Positions 38,142 through 48,453 of a stretch of DNA of 64,000 bases are shown here, one piece after another. The stretch spans positions 792,935 through 856,934 of the forward strand of contig OZ246395.1 in the NCBI GenBank assembly GCA_965230915.1, read 5' to 3'. Both the position numbers and the translations under genes were made by a program. Numbering within the stretch: position 1 is the stretch's first letter; each line of letters starts with the position of its first letter. Under the pieces are notes generated by a model that ran no database searches, was not told where the DNA came from, and worked only from the letters and a program-made list of their open reading frames with translations. This DNA comes from an uncultured Candidatus Saccharibacteria bacterium. Lineage in GTDB: Bacteria; Patescibacteriota; WWE3; 2-01-FULL-39-13.

Positions 38142-39402
38142 AAGCAAACATAAAGTCCACAAAGTAAAAAAAGAAAATCAATTTTCTGAAGCTTCTACCG
38201 AACAACCGCATGAGAAACCTGTACCCGAGGTAACCCCGCAAATTCAAGAAGTTCATACTGAAAGAATCATAAAGGAGAAAAGCTCTACTGTTCCGATTTC
38301 TGCAACCGAAACTAAAACAGAGACTTTAAGTGTTAAAGAAGAAACAAGCACAGTTCACCATTCACCTAATACTTCGGAACTGGGGCAATTTCCTAAAAAG
38401 TCAAAAGATAAGATAAAGAAAAAAGATCAATTTGTAATACCTTTTTATATTTTTGTACTAGTACTTTTTACTCTATCTTTTGCTATTGGAGGACTGGCAG
38501 CAAAATTTATTCCCAATAATGCATTTGATGCGCTAAAAAGCTTGAATAAGATTTATAAAAACGAACCGGTAGCTGAAGTAGTTGAAGAAGCTACAGTTTC
38601 ATCCATACCAGTTGAACCAATAAATGAAATTGAACCACCTAGAATTTTACAAACTCAACCGCCAGAAATAAGCGCTAAGGCATATGGAATTTACACCTTC
38701 GAAAAAGGCGAATATAAAAAAATGACAGACAAGAATCCTGACGTTATGCTGCCAATGGCATCAGTAACAAAAGTTATGACTGCACTTGTTGCATTAGAAA
38801 ATTATGATTTAGATAAACCGGTTGTAATTCCGGCAAATTGCGTTGGTATAAACGCGAGTAGCGTTGGATTCAGACCAAACGATGTTCTGTCACTTCAAGA
38901 CGTTTTATATGGACTTCTAGTTAAATCAGGTGCAGATGCAGCCTGTGCAATTGCAAACATTGATAACGAAGCTGACTTTATTACAAAAATGAATCAAAAA
39001 GCTGCTGAACTTGGAATGACCAACACCAAATTTACAAATGCGATTGGGTTAGATAATAGTGATGCACATGTTTCAGATATTAACGATTTGAAAATTTTAG
39101 TTACGGCGGCACTAAAATATGGGTCGTTCAGAAAAATTGTTGGAACCGAAGACATTACAATAACTTCTAAATCGACCGGCGCCAGATACAATGTCCGTAA
39201 TACAAATGATTTATTATTCTCGATTCCAGGGACTGTCGGTATTAAAACTGGCTTCACGGACAGTGCAGGAGAATGCCTCGCCTATTTATATCAGAACAAA
39301 GATCAGGAAATATTAATTATTGTTTTGGGGTCGGCTGACCGATTCGGAGATACTTCGAAACTTTTGAATTGGGCTAAAGCTGAACTTTCAGAACAGAATT
39401 AG
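38116..39402 (+). CDS. D-alanyl-D-alanine carboxypeptidase (S11/PBP5 family) with a long disordered N-terminal region and a TM anchor
   Basis: SxxK (ASVTK), an SxN-like motif (KSGAD) and KTG (IKTGFT). Confidence 0.75.
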   Translation: MVTMEKEHKSKHKVHKVKKENQFSEASTEQPHEKPVPEVTPQIQEVHTERIIKEKSSTVPISATETKTETLSVKEETSTVHHSPNTSELGQFPKKSKDKIKKKDQFVIPFYIFVLVLFTLSFAIGGLAAKFIPNNAFDALKSLNKIYKNEPVAEVVEEATVSSIPVEPINEIEPPRILQTQPPEISAKAYGIYTFEKGEYKKMTDKNPDVMLPMASVTKVMTALVALENYDLDKPVVIPANCVGINASSVGFRPNDVLSLQDVLYGLLVKSGADAACAIANIDNEADFITKMNQKAAELGMTNTKFTNAIGLDNSDAHVSDINDLKILVTAALKYGSFRKIVGTEDITITSKSTGARYNVRNTNDLLFSIPGTVGIKTGFTDSAGECLAYLYQNKDQEILIIVLGSADRFGDTSKLLNWAKAELSEQN

Positions 39403-40720
39403 AATTTGAAATTGCCGAACGAATTATTTTATAAATATCGTAATCAAATTTGTTCATTTTTCCGTCATTAACTAAGCACCATTTATCAACTATAAATGTA
39501 CTTTGTCCATTTTCATTCTGTTCTCGAATTTCGATTGAAGTCTCAAAAGGCCAGTCTTCGATCGCGGATTTTTTGAAGGCTTTAGCAAAACGTTTATTAT
39601 ATTCAGCAGGATTTTCTTTGTTTACACACGCCCCATTGCACCGACCCAAGTGATATCTAAAACATGAAGTTACGGCTTTTTCGGTTCCTAAAAGTTTGTT
39701 ACACAAATTATTTTCTGCAGAAACATAATCAAGATTTTCTTTGCATTCTTTGATCGACGAAAAAATTCCCAATAACTTTTCGTTTTTATTAATCTTTATA
39801 CTTTTTACACGTTCAAAATTTGTAGTTAAGTATCCGTTTTCATTTTCTATTTGCTTTAATAAAACCATTTCAGTTTTTCGACGGAGTTTTCTATTATATA
39901 TAGGCATTAATTCTTTTACTAGATCAGATTCAAGAATTAGTGCCGAAATTTCACCTGCTGTTGGAATAGCTTTAATATCATTTATCTGATTGTTGATTCT
40001 CAATTCTTTTGAAGAATCTTTATCGTATAAGTGGCTCTTTACTCGCTTTTTTATATTTTTGCTTTTGCCAACGTAAAGTGGATTTGAATTTTTATCATAG
40101 AAAATATAAACACCAGGACATTCTGGTAAATCACTGATTGTTGATTCATCTAAATCATATGGAATATTCGAATTTTCGATACATCTTAAAATTGCATCGT
40201 TAACGGCTTCTTCTCCTAAATCTTTTTTGGCGTGATCTATAAACTGGTGTAGTACAAAAGCATCATCATAAGCGCGATGGCGGTTTTCACACTCGAACCC
40301 AAAATACTCGATAACTCTAGATAAATTATGCTTTCCCATTTTGGGATACAAGATTCTCGATAGTCTAACAGTACAAAAATACGGATTACTAAATGGTCTA
40401 TCTATTCTGCGAAATTCTGCGCGTATATGTGAAAGGTCAAACGCAACATTGTGTGCAACAAAAACAGCATCACGCAGTATTTCCTCTACTCTATCGGCAA
40501 TTTCATAAAATTCAGGAGCAAATTCTAGTTCATCCGGATTTATGTTCGTGTAATTTTGAATAAAAGGTGAAACGTAAGTATTTGGATTAAGCAGTGACTT
40601 AAATTCATCAACAATTTTCCCATTTTCTACACGTATTATTGCGATTTCAATGATTCTGTCTTTACCTGGATGATACCCAGTGGTTTCAGTGTCCACAAAG
40701 GCATAAGTATTAGGCAGCAT
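39374..40720 (-). CDS. DnaQ-like 3'-5' exonuclease fused to a GIY-YIG nuclease domain with a UvrC-like Cys cluster (Cho-like)
   Basis: Exo motifs FVDTETTG, HNVAFD and HRAYDDA. GIY-YIG: PGVYIFYDKNSNPLYVGKS. The C-terminal cluster has 4 Cys. Confidence 0.75.
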   Translation of the reverse strand: MLPNTYAFVDTETTGYHPGKDRIIEIAIIRVENGKIVDEFKSLLNPNTYVSPFIQNYTNINPDELEFAPEFYEIADRVEEILRDAVFVAHNVAFDLSHIRAEFRRIDRPFSNPYFCTVRLSRILYPKMGKHNLSRVIEYFGFECENRHRAYDDAFVLHQFIDHAKKDLGEEAVNDAILRCIENSNIPYDLDESTISDLPECPGVYIFYDKNSNPLYVGKSKNIKKRVKSHLYDKDSSKELRINNQINDIKAIPTAGEISALILESDLVKELMPIYNRKLRRKTEMVLLKQIENENGYLTTNFERVKSIKINKNEKLLGIFSSIKECKENLDYVSAENNLCNKLLGTEKAVTSCFRYHLGRCNGACVNKENPAEYNKRFAKAFKKSAIEDWPFETSIEIREQNENGQSTFIVDKWCLVNDGKMNKFDYDIYKIIRSAISNSNSVLKVQL

Positions 40721-40793
40721 ATTTTGGAATATATCACGTATGTGCTAAGTAGCCAAACTTTTACCGAAGATACATAAATTGATTGAAACGAAG

Positions 40794-40839
40794 GGGCCGG
40801 ACGCAACTTGTGAAAATTATAAAAAGTTGCGTCCGGCCC
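40794..40839 (-). terminator. Perfect 16-bp stem terminator (GGGCCGGACGCAACTT / AAGTTGCGTCCGGCCC)
   Basis: A U-rich run follows on the minus strand. It terminates transcripts coming from the 41.1-kb region. Confidence 0.7.
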
Positions 40840-41100
40840 AACTGCTAGCGGCGAAGGAGCATAATCAACCTTGCCAGCCAGGGAGGTGAACTTACAAACC
40901 TGGGAAGCGTGGCTTCAGAAACAAATAACGTCGGAACAATCCTTACGCTGGTCTTTCGCGCAAGAATCTTGTTATGCCGTGAGTCAACACGGGGACGACT
41001 CGTTCTTTGAACCATATTAGTCGGCATATCCGCAAAACCTTTCCGCCTTATCGAAGGCTTACAAAAAATCCCAACGCATGTTGAGAATTAGAAATATTTT
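40840..41100 (-). ncRNA. Candidate ~300-nt GC-rich small RNA, or a 3'UTR, of unknown family
   Basis: The region looks about 50% GC by eye in a low-GC genome. The minus-strand promoter TTGATT-17-AAAATA (approximately 41095-41125) and the strong terminator at 40794-40839 delimit it. The only ORF here is a 60-aa Arg-rich frame (40845..41027) of doubtful reality. Confidence 0.3.
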
Positions 41101-41128
41101 AAATTTATTTACAGGAAAATCAATAAGA

Positions 41129-42697
41129 TTACGGCAGACTATAAATTATATAGTTTGAATTCTCAAACAAATTTGTTTTAGGTGAATTGTGAATATCGAA
41201 GTCATTTGATTCATAATCACGATCATCTTTTACATCTATATAATAGTCTTTTTCTGGCAATCCTGACTCGTGTATTGAATTAATATAAAACATCAAACGC
41301 GGATATTTTATGTTTGTATTAAATGTTGGAGTTGTTGATTTATCTATAACTGAATTTAAGTCGCTATCTAGCATGTCTAGTGAACGATAATAAGGAAAGC
41401 CAAAAATCCCACGTACTACCTCCCCTTGTGAAATACCTTGATACATTTTGCCAAAAATATAATTTCCCAACTGCCAAGGATATTCAAGTTTATTTTCAAT
41501 ATAAGCATGATAATTAAAAGAAATTGAAGATACTACTAAAATAGCCAGTAAGCCCAATTTAATATATTTACTTTTGATTCTATTTAATTGCAAAGCAGCT
41601 ATAAAAGTTAAAGGAAGATATGCATTATAAATATGAGTTAGCGGTTTTCCGATAACTAAAACGTAAATTGTAAAAGAAATTAGGAACCACAAATGGATAT
41701 ATTTTTTAATTGTGCGTATATCTTTATTAATAAATATTAAATACATTAAATAGCTTGAAACTAAAGTCGAAAGTAAAATTAGTGGTTTATATGGATGTTC
41801 AACAAAATACCTCGAAATAACCAGTAAAATTAAGACTACCAATGCAGATCTATAACAAAGCAAATTTTTACTTTGTAATTTCCAAAACGAGACAATTGCT
41901 AAAACCCCAACGATTACTAGATATTCCTTTGAAAAGTATATCGAAGATAATTTCTCGCTGTAAAAAACTGAGTCATAACTAAATTCGGCTATGGTCCTAT
42001 CGTGCAATATATATGAAAGTGTATATTTAAAGTTCTCATTAAATGTATATGGAATATAAAAAATCAGCGCAATCGAAAAACTAGCAAAATAAATCAAATA
42101 GTTCTTTATTTTGTCCGATTTTGAAAACAAAATTATTGACTGAACAATTAACAAAGTTAACGCATCATAGTGAAAAAGGAATGCAGCAGCAATTGAAATT
42201 CCACTGAGGACTAAATATTTTCTATCTAGTTTCTTCAAAAAATATAAAAAGAAGTAAGTCGAGACGAGTACTAAAAGCAGCTTAAAAGATTGATATTGAA
42301 CTATTCTAGAAAAGGCAATAAAAAAGCCATTTAGCGCTGCGATTGTTAGAGCGTAAAATCCAACTTTGGAATTAAAATATTTTTTCGCAATAATATAGAA
42401 AAAAAATACAGAGAAAAAACCGGCAACTGCAAATGGTAGGCGATAGTGAAACTCCATATCATTATTAGCCTTATCGAAAAATTCACTAGTCCATACAACT
42501 AAATATTGACCTGGTCCTTTGGAATTACCCAACAAAAAATTTATAAAACTGGGAGCGTCTCTATACGCAAATGGCTTTACTTCATCACCCTGTAGATCTG
42601 AATATCCTAAAGAAGTGAATCTAAAGTATGCCGCAACAATTAAGAATAAAGTTACGGTAACAAAATTGAAATTAATTTTTTTTAAATTAATAAACAT
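41129..42697 (-). CDS. GT-C family membrane glycosyltransferase (PMT/ArnT-like)
   Basis: 522 aa with more than 10 TM segments. A DE motif (QGDEVKP) in the first extracytoplasmic loop is characteristic of PMT/ArnT families. Confidence 0.6.
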   Translation of the reverse strand: MFINLKKINFNFVTVTLFLIVAAYFRFTSLGYSDLQGDEVKPFAYRDAPSFINFLLGNSKGPGQYLVVWTSEFFDKANNDMEFHYRLPFAVAGFFSVFFFYIIAKKYFNSKVGFYALTIAALNGFFIAFSRIVQYQSFKLLLVLVSTYFFLYFLKKLDRKYLVLSGISIAAAFLFHYDALTLLIVQSIILFSKSDKIKNYLIYFASFSIALIFYIPYTFNENFKYTLSYILHDRTIAEFSYDSVFYSEKLSSIYFSKEYLVIVGVLAIVSFWKLQSKNLLCYRSALVVLILLVISRYFVEHPYKPLILLSTLVSSYLMYLIFINKDIRTIKKYIHLWFLISFTIYVLVIGKPLTHIYNAYLPLTFIAALQLNRIKSKYIKLGLLAILVVSSISFNYHAYIENKLEYPWQLGNYIFGKMYQGISQGEVVRGIFGFPYYRSLDMLDSDLNSVIDKSTTPTFNTNIKYPRLMFYINSIHESGLPEKDYYIDVKDDRDYESNDFDIHNSPKTNLFENSNYIIYSLP

Positions 42698-42702
42698 AAA
42701 CC

Positions 42703-44244
42703 TTGTATTTGTGTATTCACTGTTTTACATTTGTTTTACAAATGTTTCTTGCAAAACAAACTCAATTTATTAAATACCCGTTAATATTAGCAGCAATCTT
42801 TATTTCAATATATATAGGACAGTATATTAATTTCTTTAATAATGATGACTGGGTTCATTATAAAACTGTAGAAAACTTCTTAAATGGAGATTTTAATTTA
42901 CATCCATATATTGGTTCTACTTTTTATACACAAGGCTTAATGGCTTTTATTTTTGCAAAGCTATTTGGCGAAAACAATATACCTGTTCTTACTTTAATTA
43001 TTTCTGCATTAAATATTTTCGTTTTCTGGGAAATCTTAAACTTATTGTCTGCCAAAAATATTAAATTAAAAATACTTTCGATTATACTTTTAGTTCTTAA
43101 TCCTTTATATTTATATTCTTCTGTAGGATTCATGACTGAAAATTTTGTGATTTTCTTTTTGTTGCTCGCAATTTACTTTCACATTAAGTTCAGGCATACA
43201 AACTTGATTCATTCATATTTGTTTACTGTTCTTGGGTTTTTTGTAAAACAGTACAGTATTTTTCTTGGTGCGGCCACAATAGTACATGCAATATTTAGAA
43301 AAAAATGGCATCTTGTAGTTCTACATTTTACTTTAGCTGTTAGCTTACTTTTATTTTATTATTTTTTATTTCCGAAAAACGAAATTTTGTCCGGACAATC
43401 AGTTCAAATTGCTAAATTACTAGACATAAAATCTATCATTTCATCAGCCCTAAATATATTTTTGTACTTAAATTTTTTTACAATTCCATTAGCAGTAATT
43501 TTTGGAATGCGAACAAAAGCAAATAAAGTTTATACATTCATTTTATCTTTAGTAATTTTTGTGACATATATATATTTACTACCAATACATGACTTTCCAT
43601 CAATTGGAAATGTATTCACTCAAAAGGGATTATTTCCAGACATAGTCGGAAACAAAAGCCAGTGGGCCGGGTACTATAAATTTTTTACATTTACGTTTTA
43701 CCTATCTGCTCTTACCGCGTCGATTGTAATTTCACGACTGGTTTTAGATTTAAAAAATGTATTCTTTAAGAATAGATTTTTATTTATCGGATTTTTCATT
43801 TATTTTGGCCTATGTCTAATACTTCCGAATTTCTATGATCGATATATTCTTCCACTACTAATTTTGTGGATTCCACTTATGTTTTCGTCTAGCTTCAACT
43901 TCAAAATTAAATTGCCTGTATTAGCGATTATTACGGCATGGCTTTTTATATATGGTTTTTTTAACTATTTATATATTGTTGAATACATTGCCAGAAATAT
44001 TGAAATAGAAAATGCCACACAAGAATTGGTTTTAAAAGGAGTTCCACGAGCAAACATAGTAGCAAACCGGGCACACAATAATTATTACGGTAATTCTCCG
44101 GACAGGACCGAATATTTTTTTAATTTCGATAACCCAAAAACTCTTGGCCAGGAATCTGCAACACTCGAAAAAACTTTACAGATTAATTTTCCGTTAAATA
44201 TTTTTATTTCGAAAGAAATTTACTTGTATAAAATTCAAAAATGA
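42703..44244 (+). CDS. GT-C-like polytopic membrane protein (putative glycosyltransferase); the start is probably the internal Met near 42742
   Basis: 513 aa with many TM segments and an NDDW motif in loop 1. It sits in a cluster with two other GT-C-like genes. Confidence 0.45.
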   Translation: MYLCIHCFTFVLQMFLAKQTQFIKYPLILAAIFISIYIGQYINFFNNDDWVHYKTVENFLNGDFNLHPYIGSTFYTQGLMAFIFAKLFGENNIPVLTLIISALNIFVFWEILNLLSAKNIKLKILSIILLVLNPLYLYSSVGFMTENFVIFFLLLAIYFHIKFRHTNLIHSYLFTVLGFFVKQYSIFLGAATIVHAIFRKKWHLVVLHFTLAVSLLLFYYFLFPKNEILSGQSVQIAKLLDIKSIISSALNIFLYLNFFTIPLAVIFGMRTKANKVYTFILSLVIFVTYIYLLPIHDFPSIGNVFTQKGLFPDIVGNKSQWAGYYKFFTFTFYLSALTASIVISRLVLDLKNVFFKNRFLFIGFFIYFGLCLILPNFYDRYILPLLILWIPLMFSSSFNFKIKLPVLAIITAWLFIYGFFNYLYIVEYIARNIEIENATQELVLKGVPRANIVANRAHNNYYGNSPDRTEYFFNFDNPKTLGQESATLEKTLQINFPLNIFISKEIYLYKIQK

Positions 44245-45503
44245 GACTTGATCATTTAAGCCGGAATCTAATTTTAATAGTAACAATATTATTCTTCTTT
44301 TTTGCTGTAGGAGTAGCCACACACCCGGCTTCGGACAACGACGCATCACGTTTAGCTGGAATAATTTCTGTAGCACAAAAAAATATGTTATCGATTGATA
44401 AAACTCCATATAGCAAAGTTGGCGATCGCGTAGTTTATGAAGATATAAGTTATTCCTCAAAACCTCCGGTTCTACATGTAATTACTGGCCTTATTATTAA
44501 AGCAGCGTTTGAAATAAAACCTGCACTTCTTGAAAATAATGTAGCAATATACCGCGCATCTACAATGCTAATAAATACATTTCCGATTGTATTAATATAT
44601 GTATGTTTTTACTTTTTGATGCGTAATTTGAAAATACGAACATTATATGCACATTTGACTTCGTTATTTCTAATATTTGGGACACTTATATTCACATATT
44701 CAAAATACTTAACAAACCATATTTTCGAAGCTTTATTACAAATTACTTTGTTTTTTATTTTAGTAAAGTTCAAAACGACAAAACTAAATTGTGTGTTGAT
44801 TGGAATTTTTATTTCTGCTCTTTTTGCAATTGATATAACAAATGGTGTTATTGTTGTCCCTGCAACAATTTTATGGTTAATGTATTACCACAAAATCAAA
44901 TTTATAGATTTAGTGTGGATATTTTTGGGTGCAGTTCCATTTTTAATAACACATTTTTATTTAAGCTATGTTCAGTTTGAAAATTTTTTGCCTCCACAAT
45001 TATTTCCGGAAACTTACTTATCGTATCCTGGGTCAAAATGGGTCGGTGAATTAAAAGGTTTTGAAGCCCTAGATCAACCATTAATTATCAGATTTTTTAA
45101 TTACACATTCGGAACTCACGGATTATTTTTATATCACCCAATTCTTTTAATTCCATTTTTTATTAAAAAAAACTGGAAAGACCCACTTTGGCTTTATACG
45201 TTTGCCGTAGTCTTGGGATATATATTATTTAATACTGTAATGCAGAAAAATTATGCAGGATCGGCATTTGGACCAAGAAGATTCTTACCTTTGATTCCGA
45301 TTCTTTATTATTTTGTGATTAAAAATTTGGGTGAGTACCGACAAACATTTAGCAGAGAAATTAGGATTTTAATATTAATTGCATTTGCTTCGACGGCCTT
45401 TATTTCTTTTATTGGCTATAAAAACCCATGGAATAATTATTCTGTGAAAATTAACTCGCATGAAGTTTACTTCCCTATTCTCTACACTATAGAGCATCAC
45501 TAA
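44241..45503 (+). CDS. GT-C-like polytopic membrane protein (putative glycosyltransferase)
   Basis: 420 aa with many TM segments. It overlaps the upstream gene by 4 nt, as expected for an operon. Confidence 0.45.
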   Translation: MRLDHLSRNLILIVTILFFFFAVGVATHPASDNDASRLAGIISVAQKNMLSIDKTPYSKVGDRVVYEDISYSSKPPVLHVITGLIIKAAFEIKPALLENNVAIYRASTMLINTFPIVLIYVCFYFLMRNLKIRTLYAHLTSLFLIFGTLIFTYSKYLTNHIFEALLQITLFFILVKFKTTKLNCVLIGIFISALFAIDITNGVIVVPATILWLMYYHKIKFIDLVWIFLGAVPFLITHFYLSYVQFENFLPPQLFPETYLSYPGSKWVGELKGFEALDQPLIIRFFNYTFGTHGLFLYHPILLIPFFIKKNWKDPLWLYTFAVVLGYILFNTVMQKNYAGSAFGPRRFLPLIPILYYFVIKNLGEYRQTFSREIRILILIAFASTAFISFIGYKNPWNNYSVKINSHEVYFPILYTIEHH

Positions 45504-45509
45504 AAGGCC

Positions 45510-45561
45510 GAGGTTTCGAATTAGCTTTTATTAATGAACTATTTGGCTAATTCGAAACCTC
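45510..45561. terminator. Perfect 16-bp bidirectional terminator (GAGGTTTCGAATTAGC / GCTAATTCGAAACCTC)
   Basis: Seen between convergent genes. Confidence 0.7.
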
Positions 45562-45571
45562 AATTTGGTCT

Positions 45572-45783
45572 TTACGAATATCTTTGCATCGAATATGGAT
45601 GCCGCGGGCACATGTGGCAATCCATTGCGCGAATGCAAATTGTTCCAGGTTGATGCAAGCACTCTTCAACTTTGACACTATCAGGGCTGATAATTCCGAT
45701 AGGTATACCCGATGGTCGTGTTGCATATGGCGCATCTTCAGCATCTAAAACAGCTTCCTTAGGCAAATTTATCGTCAACAACA
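45572..45783 (-). CDS. 70-aa Cys/His-rich putative metal-binding protein in a high-GC patch
   Basis: The true start is a minus-strand ATG preceded by AAGGAGG (MLLTINLPKE...). The pattern C-x7-C-x5-C-x2-C plus three His is present. It has its own promoter and terminator. Confidence 0.4.
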
Positions 45784-45876
45784 TGAGATCCTCCTTCGAG
45801 GGGTGAAAAAAGGAAACGGATAGTGTAAGTGTAAAGACCCACAAATATTCTAGCAAAAATGTTATAAAATTTAGAA

Positions 45877-46707
45877 GTGGGAAAATTTCAAATTATCATT
45901 TTAATTTTAATAGTTTTTGTTTTAGTAGCTTTTATTGCAACATATGCTCGCAAACCAACAAACATTCGCGACTGGGAAGTCGGAATGGGAAAATTTCCTG
46001 AAATACAAATTTCGGGAGATGGAAAAAATATCACAATAAAAAATCTTCGCAATTATAACTACTCAAAAGAAGGCATAATATCACAAGATTATTTAGAAAA
46101 AACTTACAATTTAGATAACTTAGAAAAAGTCTGGTTCTTAATAGAGCCCTTCTCTTTTTGGGACGGCATAGCTCATACATACTTTATTTTTGATTTTACC
46201 GACCAAGAGCCTATCGCTTTTTCGGTTGAAGCACGTCGCGTAAAAGGCTCAAAATATAATGCATTTGCTGGAATATTTAATCAATACGAATTAATTTATA
46301 CATGGGGAACCGAACACGATTTTACTGGTCGGAGAATTTATAAAGATAATGGAAATGTTTATATGTATCCGTTAAAAGTTAACAAGGATTTTGCTCAAAA
46401 ATTATTTTTAGAAAGTGCAAAATCTACGGAGGAACTTCGAAACAACCCACGTTTTTACAATACGATTACAAGTAACTGCACAAATAATTTGGCAAAAATC
46501 GCAAACGAAGTAAAACCTGGATCAATTCCATTTCACTATGCGTTATATTTTCCGGGATATTCTCCCAAACTTTTATATAACTTAGGATATTTTGATAGCA
46601 ATTTGAGTTTTGATGAGCTAAAGGAAAAATCTTATATTTCGAATATCGTTAACAAAATTTATAATGATCCAAATTTCACACAAGAATTAAGGGAAAATTT
46701 AAATTAA
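45877..46707 (+). CDS. N-terminally anchored protein, unknown function (possible DUF4105-like)
   Basis: 276 aa with one TM segment and an SNCTNN motif. Family assignment is uncertain. Confidence 0.4.
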   Translation: MGKFQIIILILIVFVLVAFIATYARKPTNIRDWEVGMGKFPEIQISGDGKNITIKNLRNYNYSKEGIISQDYLEKTYNLDNLEKVWFLIEPFSFWDGIAHTYFIFDFTDQEPIAFSVEARRVKGSKYNAFAGIFNQYELIYTWGTEHDFTGRRIYKDNGNVYMYPLKVNKDFAQKLFLESAKSTEELRNNPRFYNTITSNCTNNLAKIANEVKPGSIPFHYALYFPGYSPKLLYNLGYFDSNLSFDELKEKSYISNIVNKIYNDPNFTQELRENLN

Positions 46708-46794
46708 AAAGCTTGGGAACAGAAAGTGATCTGAAAAAATGGCGAAATAAATCTCGCGAAAATTTCAGGACTTTCTGTTCCCGTTATCAAACTT

Positions 46795-47583
46795 CTAGTC
46801 TGTGTTCTCCAGCGCCGGCAAGTACAACTTGGACTGCACGACTCGCGTGTAGCTGAAGTAACCTCCCATCGGGCTGTAGCTCTGTTCGAGCACGCGGATC
46901 GTAACTGTGTACAATCCATCATCCTCGAAAATCAAAAGCATCGGGTCGGTCGCCACACTGCCACCTACTGGAACCGTAACATCCTTCAAATCAAAATGGA
47001 TGTCATTATCGGCCCCCGGGGGGTCAACAGTAACGACGACTTCTTCGGTGAATGGCTTGGGTCCCTGATTTGTGAGCCAAACTTCAAAGGTCATGGCCTC
47101 GTTGGTGCGGTCGATCTCGTGAACCAAAAAAGGCGTAACGCCTTCTTTCTTAACCAAAGGAACCTCGCGCGCCAACAAGGTGGACTCACCTGCACGCAGG
47201 GTAAAACCTACGTAAACATCGTCCATAATAAACTCCGGATAAACCGTCGCCGTATATGCGCCGGTCGGGCACACAATACCCTGTTCATCCTTGGCGTCGT
47301 ACTGGCATTCCTCGGGCCAATCCAAAAAGGAAAGATCGGTCTGCAATACGATTGGGTCACCTGCATCGTTCCCGCCACTAAAGGCAATGACCGCGGGTTG
47401 CCCCTCGACCATGTAGGCCTTGCCGTTGGCAAGATTAATCGAAGATGGCCCAGGGCCTACAACTTGTGCAGCAACCCCCTTACACCAGCAGATATACAAA
47501 AATCCGCCGGCCAGAAAGGCAATTAGGACACAAGCTCGGATAAATCGGTAACGCATTTCCATCGTTCTCTCCTTCATACACAT
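46795..47583 (-). CDS. Secreted protein with very high GC3 (foreign codon usage), unknown function
   Basis: 262 aa with a signal peptide. The terminal codons almost all end in G or C. The minus-strand promoter CCTATAGTGTTGACT-18-TAATTAT is near 47650-47690. Confidence 0.5.
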   Translation of the reverse strand: MCMKERTMEMRYRFIRACVLIAFLAGGFLYICWCKGVAAQVVGPGPSSINLANGKAYMVEGQPAVIAFSGGNDAGDPIVLQTDLSFLDWPEECQYDAKDEQGIVCPTGAYTATVYPEFIMDDVYVGFTLRAGESTLLAREVPLVKKEGVTPFLVHEIDRTNEAMTFEVWLTNQGPKPFTEEVVVTVDPPGADNDIHFDLKDVTVPVGGSVATDPMLLIFEDDGLYTVTIRVLEQSYSPMGGYFSYTRVVQSKLYLPALENTD

Positions 47584-47691
47584 GAACCGCTAGATATTTG
47601 AATATAACTGTACAAAATGAAAAAGCTGAATTAGCCCTTTCTGGGGCATAATTATGTCAGAAAATCGCGGGAAGTCAACACTATAGGCTGA

Positions 47692-48414
47692 CTATTCTTC
47701 CGGGTGAGGCTCAATAATTTCTGATTTTATCTTATGCATAAGTTCGCGAGTACGTATATCACCCAAATCATTTACTACAAATTTAATCGTGAAAATTGCC
47801 CCTAAAATTGACCCTATAAAATCTGCTAAAAGATCGTTCATAGTGTCGTGATAAGCGTCTTCGACCAAAGATCCCTGATATACAACCCAATCTGGAAAGT
47901 AATTTATTCGCAAAAATTCAAGGCCATATTCTATAATCTCCCAAATTCCACCAATCCCCATGGCAATTAATATAGTAAGAAGAAAAAGGGTTCGTTTAGA
48001 AGCCAATAGTCGACCCGTTCGATTCATTGTAAAAATAACTGTATAAGAAATAGCTGCTATTAGGAGCACCATTGTAAAATGGGCGAATTTATCGAAATAT
48101 GGCGTGGTGTAATATAAGTCGAGAATCTCACCCAAATAGTATTGAATAAAAACAATAAAAAATAGCATTAATTCAATCTCAATAGGGAAGTCTTTAATAC
48201 GGTCTTTAGTAAAAACTGCAGGTGCAGCAATTACAAGTGCTGCGACCAAGGTCATAAAACCAATTTCCCAATCGCCTGAAATAATTGTGATAACGGAGAC
48301 TACAAATACGAAAACTCGCATAAACCACAATAATATGATTTTCCAGGTTTCCACATTTTTGGATTCATTTGGCTTTATAAATATCTTTTTTATCGGCTCT
48401 ATAATGATTTTCAT
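47692..48414 (-). CDS. Polytopic membrane protein, unknown function
   Basis: 240 aa with 6-7 TM segments. Confidence 0.45.
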   Translation of the reverse strand: MKIIIEPIKKIFIKPNESKNVETWKIILLWFMRVFVFVVSVITIISGDWEIGFMTLVAALVIAAPAVFTKDRIKDFPIEIELMLFFIVFIQYYLGEILDLYYTTPYFDKFAHFTMVLLIAAISYTVIFTMNRTGRLLASKRTLFLLTILIAMGIGGIWEIIEYGLEFLRINYFPDWVVYQGSLVEDAYHDTMNDLLADFIGSILGAIFTIKFVVNDLGDIRTRELMHKIKSEIIEPHPEE

Positions 48415-48453
48415 AGCGACTTAATTATATATAGGTAATGAAATTTCTCAAAT

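Noticed and set aside
40840-41100. SRP RNA, tmRNA or RNase P RNA in the GC-rich intergenic unit
   Set aside because: There are no conserved SRP domain-IV GNAR tetraloop or AGCAGCC elements. There is no tmRNA tRNA-like UUCGA..CCA end. There are no RNase P P4 motifs (AGGAAAGUCCGGGC or ACAGAACCCGGCUUA). Only a loose GGAAGC similarity was seen.
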